The notes under the pieces: generated by a model
Databases searched by the model: none
What the model was told of the DNA's origin: nothing
What the model saw: only the letters and a program-made list of their open reading frames with translations
Source: Octopus vulgaris
Taxonomy: Eukaryota
Reading direction: 5' to 3'
Assembly: GCA_951406725.2 (NCBI GenBank)
Contig: OX597822.1
Location: 89,528,001 to 89,592,000 of the forward strand
Length of the DNA stretch: 64,000 bases
Position numbers and translations under genes: made by a program
Part shown: one piece after another, positions 1 through 12,460 of the stretch
Position numbering within the stretch: the stretch's first letter is position 1
Layout: each line of letters opens with the position of its first letter

Positions 1-215
1 ACTTTTTTTTTATTTTTGTTTTCAGGCATTTGGGTCTTGCTATCCTGGAACATTGTTGTGTGTATGTGTGTGTGTAGGTGGGGGGGGTTAATATTTGACT
101 CTAAACACATACTGAATCCTTTCTTTAGTCAGTGTTTGTTGTTTTATGGTTCATTTTTAATATACAAAGTGAATACCAGAAGTTTTGGGACTTATTCAAG
201 AGAGATACTCTTTTA

Positions 216-418
216 GTCTTTTACTTGCTTCAGTCATTTGACTGCGACCATGCTGGAGCACCGCCTTTAGTCGAGCAAATCAACCCCGGGACTTATTCTT
301 TGTAAGCCCAGTACTTATTCTATCGGTCTCTTTTACCGAACCACTAAGTGATGGGGACGTAAACACACCAGCATCAGTTGTCAAGTAATGCTAAAACACA
401 GACACACAAACATATACG

Positions 419-453
<35 letters not shown>

Positions 454-641
454 AAATATATATATATGCATATATATACGACAGGCTTCTTTCAGTTTCC
501 ATCTACCAAATCCACTCACAAGGCATTGGTCAGCCCGGGGCTATAGCAGAAGACACTTGCCCAAGATGCCACGCAGTGGGACTGAACCCGGAACCATGTG
601 GTTGGTAAGCAAGCTACTTACCACACAGCCACTCCTGCGCC
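216..641 (-). mobile_element. tRNA-derived SINE family A
   Basis: A box gagtggctgtgtggt, B box ggttcagtccc, accttgggcaagt core, internal (TA/TG)n, gtaaaagag tail; at least 8 copies in the window. Confidence 0.9.
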
Positions 642-1172
642 TATTTCAAAGAAGTACAAAACTCTAATCTCCTTCAAAGTAGGATCCTCTGACTTCAATA
701 CATTTGTTGTAGCACTCCAGCCTTGCCGTGACAGCACCATGTAAGTTCTCCAAAGTGAAGGTATCCAGGACATATAATAGTATAGATGATACCCTTTCAG
801 TTGAAAAAGGAAACATCATAGGCTTCCTAGTTGACTTGCTTTGCTTGGCCTCTTGTGCCAGTGAAAAACATGCTCAGCTCATGCAAATTAATTGGACAGT
901 TCATAAGTTTTTGTAGCATTTTCACCAAGTTTAACACAAAACTTTATTGACATTCCAGTTACATTCCGCAAACTAGTCAACTGTGACAAGCAGTGTTTTA
1001 ACATGATGTGTTCAAACTGCTGTTACAGCTGTCTCCTTCAATCTGGAATAAGAAAAGTTATCAGGACAGCTTATTAGATGTATAGTAATGATACACTAAA
1101 ATTACAGTAATCTAGGACAACTATCACTGCCTCACTTAAAAAAAAAGATCCTAAAACATCTGGAATGCACCT

Positions 1173-1179
1173 TGTGTGT

Positions 1180-1258
<79 letters not shown>
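1173..1258. repeat. (TG)n microsatellite
   Basis: About 43 TG units. Confidence 0.95.
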
Positions 1259-1261
<3 letters not shown>

Positions 1262-2624
1262 ATGTGTGTGTATTATAATCTTCATTTTAAAAAACCACTT
1301 TGCCTTGTTTGTTTGGGTCAAATAGAGTTTTTTTGAGGCAAATGCTTTATGATCAAATGCTCTTCCTGTCCTGACAACTTTTCTTATTCCAGATTGAAGG
1401 AGACAGCTGTAACAGCAGTTTGAACACATTTTAAAATAAATGAAACTTGAAAAATATTTTTTAAATATCATTGTAATCTACTAGATAAGATTCGTGTAAA
1501 TCCAAAGAAATCATCTAAAACAAAAACAAAAAAAGTTTTATGGTGTGCTTTGATAAGAACTCCAACTTTTTGAAACAATAAATTTATACAGAACTAGCTT
1601 ATAAGCCACACTCTATGCGGACTTTTAATCTAGCTCCTGCAGAGGGCTAATTGGGCCTACAGCCCAAAACTAAAGACAGCTAAATAGCATGACTCTTAAT
1701 ACATCTATAATGACTATATACCCCGGTGGTGTTTGATCAGAGGTTAAGGACGGATGAGAATTAATTCTGTAATGCAATCATTCTATTGTTCCAGTCCCAA
1801 GTTGAATTCCAACTGTTGGCCAATTTGTCCCCAAAGTTTATATCTCAACGTGAAAGTTACAAAACGAATGTCATTTACCTCCCCCTTGATCTCTGATAAA
1901 TGTCAAACAAATTGGCGTGAATCAGTTAAGAAATAGCAACCTGCTAGAACTAGCAACCCAAATGCTTTTAAATCAGATCCCAATGCTGGATGTTCAAGAA
2001 CTAAATGAAGGGCAGATTTTCAATCCTGGGATCATCCTGATTCCAAAAAGGTATAGTATGTCTATGTAGAACAAAGGCAGACTGAGATACAGGGGTTCCA
2101 GGCAGACAGACAGAATTTCGCTTTTATTAATATAGATTAACATGATTCTCAGTCACAAAATACAGTCTTCAAAGAAAAAAAAAAAGAAAGAAATTCTAAA
2201 ATGCAGGATGAGGAGAGAAGAAAATTAAAATGTTTAAGTTTGTTTCAGAGACAGACAGCTGAAGAAAAACAGAAGAGTTGATATGAATCACAGCTGCCAG
2301 ATTAACCATGTATACTTGATTCAAATGTGTGTGTGTGTTTATGCAGACACACACACACCAGTACCTCACACTTCCCTGTTCTACACCACTATACTTCACA
2401 CTTGTAAACATCTTCACAAATACACCCACCCAACAAAATCCCTATAGCACTCCACCCAACCATATTCCCACTTTCAAACACAGAAACACTCTTATTCTCG
2501 CACATAAATATCCATCTCTCCTCCCTTCTTATCTCCCACCATACAGCTGCATGCCCATAGGGTTACTAACTGCCTGCCTATTTTCTGTTTTATATTTTTC
2601 TTCTTTACCACGTATCAAAAAGGA

Positions 2625-3350
2625 CTAGTTCTGTGACACACCAACAGATGGCAGCACACAGTTGCATGCACAGTGAGAGCTAGCAGTGCCCTTCATGAGG
2701 CAATGTGCCAAGTGACATTGCTGTGTTTACTTCACAGGTTATGAAATTTGTGTTTTTGTGGTCATGAGTATGCTGTAGTCCGTGATTTTGTCATGGACAG
2801 AAACAAAGAGCCAAAATGAAATTTTGCATTAAACTTGGGAAACCTGCTACAAAGACATTGAACATGCTTTGGCAAGCATACAGTGATGACGCAATGGGTT
2901 GTAAGCTATGTTTTGAGTAGTACAGGTACTTCAAAAGCAGAAGGATGCCCCTGGAAGAGGATGAGCAATCTGGAAGACTTGCCATGAACATCATGCCTAG
3001 AAAAGTAGCACTGTGCATTGAGAATTCATCCCTCAGGGCCAGACTGTCAATTGAGAGTTCTACTGCAACATTTTGAAGCATTTAAGGGAAGCTATTTGGC
3101 GAAAGTTACTGGATCTGTGGAGTGTGAAGAATTGGATTTCTCATGATGAAAATGCACCCTGTCACCAAGCTCTCCTCACTTGTGAGTTTCTTGCCAAAAA
3201 CAACATGACGTCACTTCTGCACCTGCAGACTTCCAAGATGAAAATGCAGCTCAAAGGTTGCCATTTTAACAGTTGTTAAGATGGCAACCGTTGAACTAAA
3301 TTTTGATCCAGAGTGAATTGCAGAAGTTCCTCAATCTGCTTACACAAAAT
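2625..3350 (+). pseudogene. Mariner transposase remnant
   Basis: QRAKMKFCIKLGKPAT..LNML.QAY.DDAM (HTH), EFIPQGQTVN, W..HDENAPCH; deleted and frameshifted. Confidence 0.75.
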
Positions 3351-3538
3351 GACTTTCTCACTCACTCTATTCTTTTCTCTTTCTTTTGATGAAGGACTAA
3401 TGTTCAAAATGTTAAAATGTTAACACTCTCTTCTCATTAGAGCATTAATCTAATACTTATTATATTTGTTGTCTTTTTTACTGTTTGTTGCATTTATATC
3501 ATATATGTACGTATGTATATATATATAAGTATATATAT

Positions 3539-3710
3539 AGGTGCAGGAGTGGCTGTGTGGTAAGTAGCTTGCTTACCAACCACATGGTTCCAGGTTCAGT
3601 CCCACTGCATGGCACCTTGGGCAAGTGTCTTCTACTATAGCTTCAGGCCGACCAAAGCCTTGTGAGTGGATTTGGTAGAGAGAAACTGAAAAAAGCCCGT
3701 CGTATATATG

Positions 3711-3743
<33 letters not shown>

Positions 3744-3913
3744 ATGTGTTTGTGTGTCTGTGTTTGTCCCCCCCAACATCGCTTGACAACTGATGCTGGT
3801 GTGTTTACATACCCGTAACTTAGCGATTCGACAAAAGAGACCGATAGAATAAGTACTAGGCTTACATGGCCGCAGTCAAATGACTGAGACAAGTAAAAGG
3901 GAGAAAGTAAAGA
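3539..3913 (+). mobile_element. SINE family A
   Basis: Same consensus as 216-641. Confidence 0.9.
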
Positions 3914-3929
3914 GTAATATATATATATA

Positions 3930-4226
3930 TCACCATCACCATGACCGACCAGGCTATCAGATGTTGCTACATATCACTGGTCACAATGCGCTTCACATTG
4001 TTTTTGCCTTCAAATGATGCCACGCCGCTGGCCAACAGAAGAAAGAGTGAGAGAAAGATGTGGCAAAAGAGTAGAGCAGGGATTGCCAACCCACCTCCTG
4101 CCGGAGCCTCATGGGGCTTTAGGTGTTTTCGCTCAATAAACACTCACAATGCCCGGTCTGGGAATCGAAACCGCGATCCTACAGCCATGAGTCCGCTGCC
4201 CTAACCACTGGACCATTGCGCTTCCA
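3930..4226 (-). mobile_element. tRNA-derived SINE family B
   Basis: Head gcgcaatggtccagtggttagg...ggtttcgattccc (A/B boxes). Confidence 0.7.
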
Positions 4227-4227
4227 T

Positions 4228-4281
<54 letters not shown>

Positions 4282-4490
4282 AAGTATCTTATATATATTT
4301 ATGCATGTGTGTATATATATATATATACATTCATACACAAACACACACTCACATGCATGTGTACGTGTATGTTAAACTAATAAAGCCATTTTATAATGTA
4401 AATTCTTATGAGAGCCAACTGGTGAATTGTAACATTCCATGTTCATTTTTTCAATGTGAGTTAATGCCATACTTACTCTATATTTTGCAG

Positions 4491-4653
4491 CTGACTAACT
4501 TTGAATTTTCCCACATTGGCCCAGTATCATATGATATGGCATGTCTTCTTGTTAACTACATTACATTTTTTTACTACCATCTTGAGCACTTTCACCAGCC
4601 AGACACCTGTAGTCGGTTCAGCCAATGTTTGATTGAATTCATGAAGATTTCAG
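4491..4653 (+). CDS. Methylthioribose kinase (MtnK/MTK)-like gene, internal exon
   Basis: ttttgcag|CTG...TCA G|gtaggt; LTNFEFSHIGPVSYDMACLLVNY resembles the MtnK motif VIDPEFAFYGPIGFDIG.L.AN. Confidence 0.75.
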
Positions 4654-5189
4654 GTAGGTGTTGGTATGGGTGACTCACCAAATTTATGAACTTCACACTT
4701 GCACACACACACAGACGCACGCACACACACAGAGTTGATAACTTGCTTGATTCTTTGCAATGCCACTTTCAAATTTTAGCAGAAGAGCCATATTTAGTTA
4801 TTCTATATCTTATTTGATGAGCAATATTGTTTACTAGTCTCTGACTAACTGCATTTATGGTGATGAGAATAATAAAAGAAGTTATGTGTATCTCAAGTGA
4901 AACAAACAGCCTCCAAGGTATATTTTCAAAAGGACTGTACTGTCAACCAGTTGAAAGTGCTAGCCTATATTCTGCAAGAATTAAGATTTGTGGAAATTTA
5001 AATCTCATGATAATATTCTAACCCTCAGATCAATTTATGCTGACTAAATTAACATGTAATCGTTTTTGTATGATGATAATAATGATGACACTGCTGCTGA
5101 CTATTATCATCATGACCACCATCATCAGCATCATTCAAAAGCTATTGCTTGCAAATTTTATTAGCAGCAATGTTATCCTAAGGTTTGGT

Positions 5190-6720
5190 GACAAGTCTCA
5201 TAAAATCTCAAGAATACAGAATGCCACTTTTCTGCAGGTTGACAATGCATATCTCAATTCCAATATCCTTCAAGGTAGCAGTTCCAATATCGTTCAAAGT
5301 AGCAATTTGGGTGTTGTACCAAGTACACCAATTACCATAGGAACAAGTATCATATTTGTTTTCCACAATCTCTTCATCTTTCTAGCTCAGTCCTAGCATT
5401 TCTTACTTTTCTTGATATTCACTCTACTAGCATCATATGGTATTGCGAATTCTATGATCTTGCACTGTTCTTTCTGTCTTCTACAATCATATTTGGTCTT
5501 CTTATTTCAGTCTCTCTGGAGAAATATTATAAAATCTTGTCATTATCATTTACCACTACACTCTCTACTGTGTATTCATATCACTTTTTTGTCACCTTGA
5601 ATCCACAAACTTGGCTAACATTCCTGTGCACCCTTTTACTGACATAGTCATGCCTGTACTTACACTCATTTTGAGCTAGTTTACTGCACTCACTTAGGAA
5701 ATACTTTCGTCCATTTTTCTCCACATTCTGCATTTGCTCTCTGAGATTTATCAATCTCTGTCTTTCTCAAATTTGTTCTAATGTGTTTACCCTGAGTGGT
5801 TGTAATCAGAGAATCAGTTTCTTGTTTCAGGTTTCCTTCTGTCAGCATTCTTCACTGCTCAACCAGCATTCTTCACTGCTAACAACCTTGGTTTGTTGCA
5901 TGAATTGGCCATAGGGTTGATTGTCTTTCCAGCTATTTGTTCTCTTATTCCTTCTGTTTTAGTGACTTCTTTGATATTTCTTTCTGCAGATATTCTTTTT
6001 TTCACTATCCACAACTGAAAATTGCAGTATTGATGGTATCTTCTGTTATTAACAAACTTTTGATCTGTTCCTGGTATGTAGAGCCTGATGATATTACTTT
6101 TAGTATGGTGCCAGTTGTGTATTGTAAGTAGCTTCCTAGTTGTTCTATCTAATTCCTGCAGCTATGTCTTAGTCCAGGAGCAGAGTATCTCAATATCAGC
6201 ATGGTCCACATTAATTGCTTTGATATTACCTCTATTTAGTTTTTTTTCAAGCACCTTTCCATTAACTTATCATCCTGCAATAACCATAAATACTTCTTTC
6301 TTTCATTCTCTTTGAGCAATCTATTGTATCTTTTCACTATCAGATTTAATCTTTCAACCTCTCTCTGTAATTAAATCTCCTCACTTATTCACTCCAAACT
6401 GCATACCAATATCCATGCTAAATATTCTTACTGTAAACAGAATCTAGGTCTTTTTCATTTATAGTGTACCGTTTCAGGTCATCCATATGTAGCAGAGGAT
6501 TTTTCTCCCTAGTCTTAGCAAGCTTATAAGCAAGTTTGGATTTTTTTCAGTAAGCTTGTCAAAGGAATCAATGCAGTCACATAAAGTAATGGAGATACCA
6601 AGTCTCCATAAAAAATTCCTCTCCAAATTTTCTGATAATAGATTTTCCTTCTCCCTGTAATTTATATAATTTTTCTTGTATGGGACCAGTTAGTAATTTC
6701 TTGAGCAATGGTTAGCATGC
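5190..6720 (-). mobile_element. Decayed R4/Dong-like non-LTR retrotransposon
   Basis: Minus-strand remnants GIFYGDLVSPLLYVTALIPLT, LLHMDDLKRY, ETDSLITTTQ..IRTN; many stops. Confidence 0.7.
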
Positions 6721-7394
6721 ACAAGAGTTATAACAAAAATAATTCATAAGTGGGCTCAGCTTTTTATTAATTGGCATGGAAAATGGACATTAAATGATGA
6801 TGGTGATGAGGTTGTTCAAATTGTACATGCTGGTAGTCTGTCCTCTATACAAAGGTATTACTCAACAATCTCAATCACAAGCAATGTAGTTGCACCATTG
6901 TTCAACCCAAATCTCAAATCCTCTTAGAAAAAATTCAAGGTTGCATTCTTATGCCTACTTCATCACCACTTTCATCTTGTCTGTATCATCAAATTGTTGT
7001 CCCAAAAGACTATCTTTTATTGAATCAAAATAGGGGGGTACCAGATCTGTACTAAACAGTTGATGGCAGGGATCACTAATCAGCCCAAATTGCCAATTGT
7101 TTGATTTTTGCCAAAAGTGTGTGTGCCCATACATTATGGCGAATTGGATTGTTTTTAGATTCTTGTTTGATCTTTTCCTCCTAATTGCTTCTCTAGTCTG
7201 TTTGACTCAATTTACCACTCACTGTTCATCTGCTTCATAAGAACTGACCTGGGCTTAATCAGCAACAACAACAATTGCTTAAGCAAAACTTATTCCATTG
7301 GACGTTTATTATTGAAAAAAGGAAATAAGCAGCAAAACCCAGAAGACTTTGAAATACATTACATTAGTAGTAACATTTATTTTTTTTATTTCAG

Positions 7395-7485
7395 GGTTAA
7401 AGTACAGTGAATTAATGAAGCTGAAATCAGATCAGAAATTTTGGTCTGAGGTTGCTGGATTCACTGGATGTGAAATTATTAAGCG
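7395..7485 (+). CDS. MtnK/MTK-like gene, penultimate exon
   Basis: ttttatttcag|GG TTA...AAG CG|gtgagt; GLKYSELMKLKSDQKFWSEVAGFTGCEIIKR resembles MtnK D..GFAGCELIRR; phase 1->2 fits both neighbours. Confidence 0.8.
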
Positions 7486-8161
7486 GTGAGTTCCAAGTCA
7501 ATTACTAACTACATTGTGTAACAAAATTTTTAGTTGTTTATTTATGTATTTGTTTTTGGTCAGTAAGTGTTATTTCCTATTTGCTTTTATCACAAAATCA
7601 ACCCAAGCCAGCATGGAAAACGGATGCTAAAATATGATGATATATGTATGTGCATATACATGTGTGTGTGTGTGTTTATGTGTGTGTATATATATATAAA
7701 TAAATCTTTAGGTAAATATATTCAATAAGAATATTATATACTGAATTTATATTGAGTGCTCCATTGTATAAAAATATTAATACAATTAAAGTATTTATAT
7801 ATTTAATATGAGCAATATATACATATATTTTTTAATATATCATTCGATATATTATACAATATTCATATTTTATATCTCTGAAGAGCAGAAGGGTTGTCTA
7901 TAAATGCTTATTAATATAGGATTTCATTATAGGGACAACTCTTCTGCAAAACGATCATAAGATGCTTAAATAATTAATTCAAAACTCTTAAACTATCAAA
8001 TTTATTTTATACATTATATTTATATTTTTACATTTATTTATTTATATATATTTTTAATACAATAAGTTCTTTCACACGGGTATATCTTTATGATGGGTTT
8101 GGATATTAATTTCCTTATATTAATAATAATAATATATTATTTAAAAATATATGTATATATA

Positions 8162-8608
8162 TTGCCAGCTCTGTCTGGCCCCGTGTTGGTGGCACGTAAA
8201 AGCACCATCCATTCGTGTCTGTTGCCAGCCTCGCCTGGCCCCCGTGCCGGTGACACATAAAAGCGCCATCCGTTCGTGGCCGTTTGCCAGCTCTGTCTGG
8301 CCCCCGTGTTGGTGGCACGTAAAAGCACCATCCGTTCGTGTCCGTGCCAGCTTCGCCTGGCCCCGTGCCGGTGACACATAAAAGCGCCATCCGTTCGTGG
8401 CCGTTTGCCAGCTCTGTCTGGCACCTGTGCGGGTGGCACGTAAAAAGCACCCACTACACTCACGGAGTGGTTGGCGTTAGGAAGGGCATCCAGCCGTAGA
8501 AACACTGCCAGATCTGACTGAGCCTGATGAAGCCTTCCAGCTTCACAGACCCCAGTTGAACCGTCCAACCCATGCTAGCATGGAGAACGGACGCTAAATG
8601 ATGATGAT
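8162..8608 (+). mobile_element. RTE 3'UTR fragment with five ~60-bp tandem units
   Basis: Homologous to 51844-52300. Other copies at about 12980-13510, 15190-15440, 23700-23890, 27519-27820, 28005-28190, 30525-30852, 32880-33085, 38385-38715, 41680-41840 and 49220-49445. Confidence 0.85.
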
Positions 8609-9013
8609 GAGTGGCTGTATGGTAAGTACCTTGCTTACAAACCACATGGTTCTGGGTTCAGTCCCACTGCATGGCACCTTGGGCAAGTGTCTTCTACTAT
8701 AGCCTCGGGCCGACCAAAGCCTTGTGAGTAGATTTGGTAGACGGAAACTGAAAGAAGCCCGTCGTATATATGTATATATATATATATATGTATGTGTATA
8801 TGTTTGTGTTTCTGTATTTGTCCCCCACCCCAACATCGCTTGACAACTGATGCTCGTGCGTTTACGTCCCCGTAACTTAGCGGTTCGGCAAGAGACCAAT
8901 AGAATAAGTACTGGGCTTACATAAGAATAAGCCCTGGAGTAGGTTTGTTCGACTAAAAGGTGGTGCTCCAGCATGGCCACAATCAAATGACTGAAACAAG
9001 TAAGATAGAGAGT
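8609..9013 (+). mobile_element. SINE family A (fused to the tail of an RTE 3' fragment)
   Basis: Same consensus; a second truncated copy lies at 9285-9540. Confidence 0.88.
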
Positions 9014-9042
9014 AAAAAAAAGAGAGATATATATATGTAAAA

Positions 9043-9274
9043 CAGGGTGTTCAAAAAGTTTCTTCGTGGTGAATGTTTTTCATCCTGCGCATCACCATGA
9101 AGCTACTTCAAGAGTTTTTTGGTGAATGGATTATTTCAAAGGGACTTTGGCCACCAAGATGACCTGATTTAACACTGCCAGACGTTTTTCTAGGGAGCAA
9201 GTAAAGGATCAGTGTACAAGAATCGCCCAAAAACCATAAAATATTTACTGTGGAGAGACTTTTTGAACACCTTG
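9043..9274 (+). mobile_element. Tc1/mariner-derived MITE
   Basis: TIRs cagggtgttcaaaaagt / actttttgaacaccttg; internal WPPR*PDLT..D remnant. Confidence 0.7.
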
Positions 9275-9760
9275 TATAATGTGTAGGCATGGCTGTGTGG
9301 TAAGAAGCTTGTTTCACAACCATGTGGCTCCAGGTTCAGTCCCATTGCATGGTACCTTGGGCAAGTATCTTCTACTATAGCCTCGGACCAAGCAAAGCCT
9401 TGTGAGTGGACTTGGTAGACAGAAACTGAAAGAAACCTATTATGCGTGTGTGTGTTTCTTGGTATCTGTGTTTGTCCCCCCAACCGCCACTTGACAACTA
9501 GTGTCGGTGTTTACATTCCTATAACTTAGCAGTTCGGTAGACTTATGATGAAAGATGTTCCATCCATTACCAGGCTACCATTTTTTTACATACTGTATCT
9601 TGCACCTTATATAATGTGATCTTTTTGTTTTTGTAGGGTATCATTGTTATTTCTAGCAATTATAATAACTATGTGGAGGATCCCTTGATAATGAAATTTA
9701 ATACAATTCTGTTCCTTTGATAATGATAATAAAAGACCATATCTTTCTGTTATTTTTCAG

Positions 9761-9911
9761 ACTTCTGGAACCATTCCATTTGAAAACATTGCAAGGTTGT
9801 CAGCATGCAAGGAAAGACATGCTAGAAGTGGGATTTCGGCTTTTATATGCTTATAAGAACATCAGTTCTATAGACAGTCTTCTCATTATAGCCTTTATGT
9901 TGGTTTATTAA
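9761..9911 (+). CDS. MtnK/MTK-like gene, terminal exon
   Basis: tttttcag|A CTT...TAT TAA; LLEPFHLKTLQGCQHARKDMLEVGFRLLYAYKNISSIDSLLIIAFMLVY*; AATAAA at 9944-9949. Confidence 0.75.
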
Positions 9912-10952
9912 GTTAATGAAATTAATTATTTCTCTGGTAGAAGAATAAATGACAAAAGAGCTAGTATTGCTCAAGAATTCCATCTTGCATTACTTAAGCT
10001 GGGTATTTTTTGAAACTCCAAAGTAGGAAATGTTCCGGTTTCTTCAAAGAAATGAAAAACTCTGGTCAAATGAAATAGAAATTTCATGTCATCTCACCAT
10101 CCTGCTGATTCAGTAATCTTTTCTTCACCATTGTTGAAATTAGCCTGGAGCTTCTCATAATTACTTAGAAGCTCTGGAATGAGTGTATATTCAATATTGG
10201 GAGATGATTTTTTTTTCTCCAAGTTCGTTATTCATTTTAGCATGAAGAACACTATCAAGGATATGATGCTGACAACCAATAAATTGCAGTTCTCTCAAAC
10301 CCTTTTGAGCAAACAGTCTTTGCAACTGAATGACAATGCCATTTCTTTTCCCAGTGTTCACACTTGTTGTATCAGCTTGATATACTGCTTCTGCACTGCA
10401 TTAAGTCAGCACACCAAGTTTGGTAAAAACTTGCGTAGGCATTATGTAAAAATTGGAGTTAAAATTTCTAATCTCCTTACTCATCTATAGAGGGAACATC
10501 TCTGAAACCTCTTTTACTTATATTTTCACATCTAGATTCTATTCTATTTCCTTTCTCAAGTCCTTTGTAAAAATTTTATTTATACTTCTTGCATTGAAGA
10601 GTACAGTGATATATAATTAATTTAATTAATTTAATCATGAATTTGCATGATTTTTATATCTCTGTACGAGAAGATTTTAACATCTCTTTTCCATTTTTAA
10701 TAAAATTGTTGAGTTTTATGGGATTTCTTTCCATAAATTCACATCACATCATATACAAGTATTATTTTCATATTTGCAAATTTACGCCTGTAAACTACCA
10801 GCAAAATACGAAGTATTAGAAATCTTTTTTGGAAACCTCCAAACTAAAGGACGAATCTAATTCAACCTTTTTACACATATATTACTATATATATATATTG
10901 GTAAAAATGGTAAGATAACAAAAGATACCTCAATATTATGTAAATAGAGGAA

Positions 10953-11155
10953 ATTTATCTGTAAAATAATATGTGACAATTATTCAATAGCCAAGATAAA
11001 ACTGAGTTTCGGATGCCGAGGTGGAAATCCACAACACCATCTCTTCGGTTATCTGGCCAGATAACCGAAGAGATGGTGTGGATTTCCACCTCGGCATCTG
11101 AAACTGTTTTATCTTGGCTATTGAATAATTGTTACATATTATTTTACAGATAAAT
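10953..11155. repeat. ~200-bp near-perfect palindrome of two hammerhead-like (Penelope pLTR-type) arms
   Basis: Arms mirror around tggcca (11054-11059); each reads gataa-CCGAAGA-gatg...catc-NGAAAC...TT-ttatc. Confidence 0.75.
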
Positions 11156-11170
11156 ATATATACACATATC

Positions 11171-12460
11171 AGGATGGAGTGAAAAAGGCAACTAAGAATT
11201 GATATTTTGTTGCAAATTACAGTTAAAAGAAAGGTGTATAAAGAACTTTGCAGTTAAATATTTTTTCAGGCTCCACAATGCAATTGAAAATTTTTTAATT
11301 TTTGGTTGAATTTTGGATATCATGGATTATAAGTTGTAACAAATACATATTTCTACATAGCAGACTGCAAAACAGTAAATATAGTATCCTTAAGACATTG
11401 CATACCAACTGATTAATATCAAGATATTAGTCAATACAATTGACTAATATCTTGAGGTTCTGCATTGACTATAAAGAGAATGGGAGTGTGAACTTCTCTC
11501 CAGTGCCACTGCAACAATCATTGCAGTGGACGTACATGTTACATGCGTGAAGTTTTCTGCTTTGCACCTTGACTTTAGGCCATTGTATTAAAGTTAATGA
11601 TCGTTTTAAATTTAGTGTTGATTACATTTAGAGATGACTCATAAGCCAATAATGCATCATGATATTGAAAGCCCAATATTTGGTACTCCATGTGATCTTA
11701 GTGAGCGAGTTTTGCCAACTTACAAGGACATATTAAAATGTGTTTTAATTGAACGGGAAAAAGAAAAGAATGTAGTGTAGAAAGATCCTTCAATTAAACA
11801 AATTGTCAAGATTGTAGCAGGAAAGATAATTCTTCTTTGCCAATAGGCATCCATCCTTTGTGTTATGATTGAGTCAGTTCAACCGAAAATCTTAAACTTT
11901 TATCTAAACCAAGCATTACTAAAATCTGTGAAAAATAGAAAAACAAATGTGCCATCGTTTCAAACAAAATGTAATGTGTTTAAAAATAATGCAACAAAAG
12001 ATTTAACATTTCCAGTTGCAAGTGCAACTCCTTTAAAAACTGGAATTATTTTGAATAAATTAAAAATGTTAATTATTTTTATCACCAAAATGTGTCAAGA
12101 ATCAAAAATTGGTTTACATGTAATTTTATTTTAATGAGTGTGTAATCTAGACCATAGGTAACACATATATTCGGTGACCTAGTATTAAAAATAAAGAAAG
12201 CAAAGTCAAAAAGTCTATTTATTTCACATAATATCGAAATTTCAAGTGCGGAAGTTATAGTGTTTATAGCTTGAGATTTTAATATTTTTTGTTTTTAAAA
12301 GATTTTGCAAATGAAAATCAATTTGTAACAAAGAATGTAAAAAATAAAATAAAGAATGGCAAACGTGTTACAAATTGATTTTTTGGGTTTTTTTTTCACA
12401 TTATTCAAAATTTCAAGTGGACTGTGGTGACTGAAGATGTAAATTTAAGAACTCCACCCT
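11171..12460 (+). mobile_element. Unclassified DNA transposon remnant
   Basis: Termini agg(a/g)tggagt / actccaccct; internal IFGTPCDLSERVLPTYKDILK...KDPSIKQIVKIVAGKI...ASI, a transposase-like N-terminus with stops. Confidence 0.45.

Noticed and set aside
378-608. Recurrent ORFs ...[30 protein letters not shown]
   Set aside because: Antisense translation of SINE family A; not a gene family.
3539-3610. tRNA genes
   Set aside because: A/B-box heads belong to SINEs; no complete cloverleaf.
8115-8568. Repetitive ORFs and regularly spaced ~60-bp repeats resembling a CRISPR array or repeat protein
   Set aside because: The units are whole tandem repeats without unique spacers and are the 3'UTR of the RTE LINE; eukaryotic context, no cas genes.
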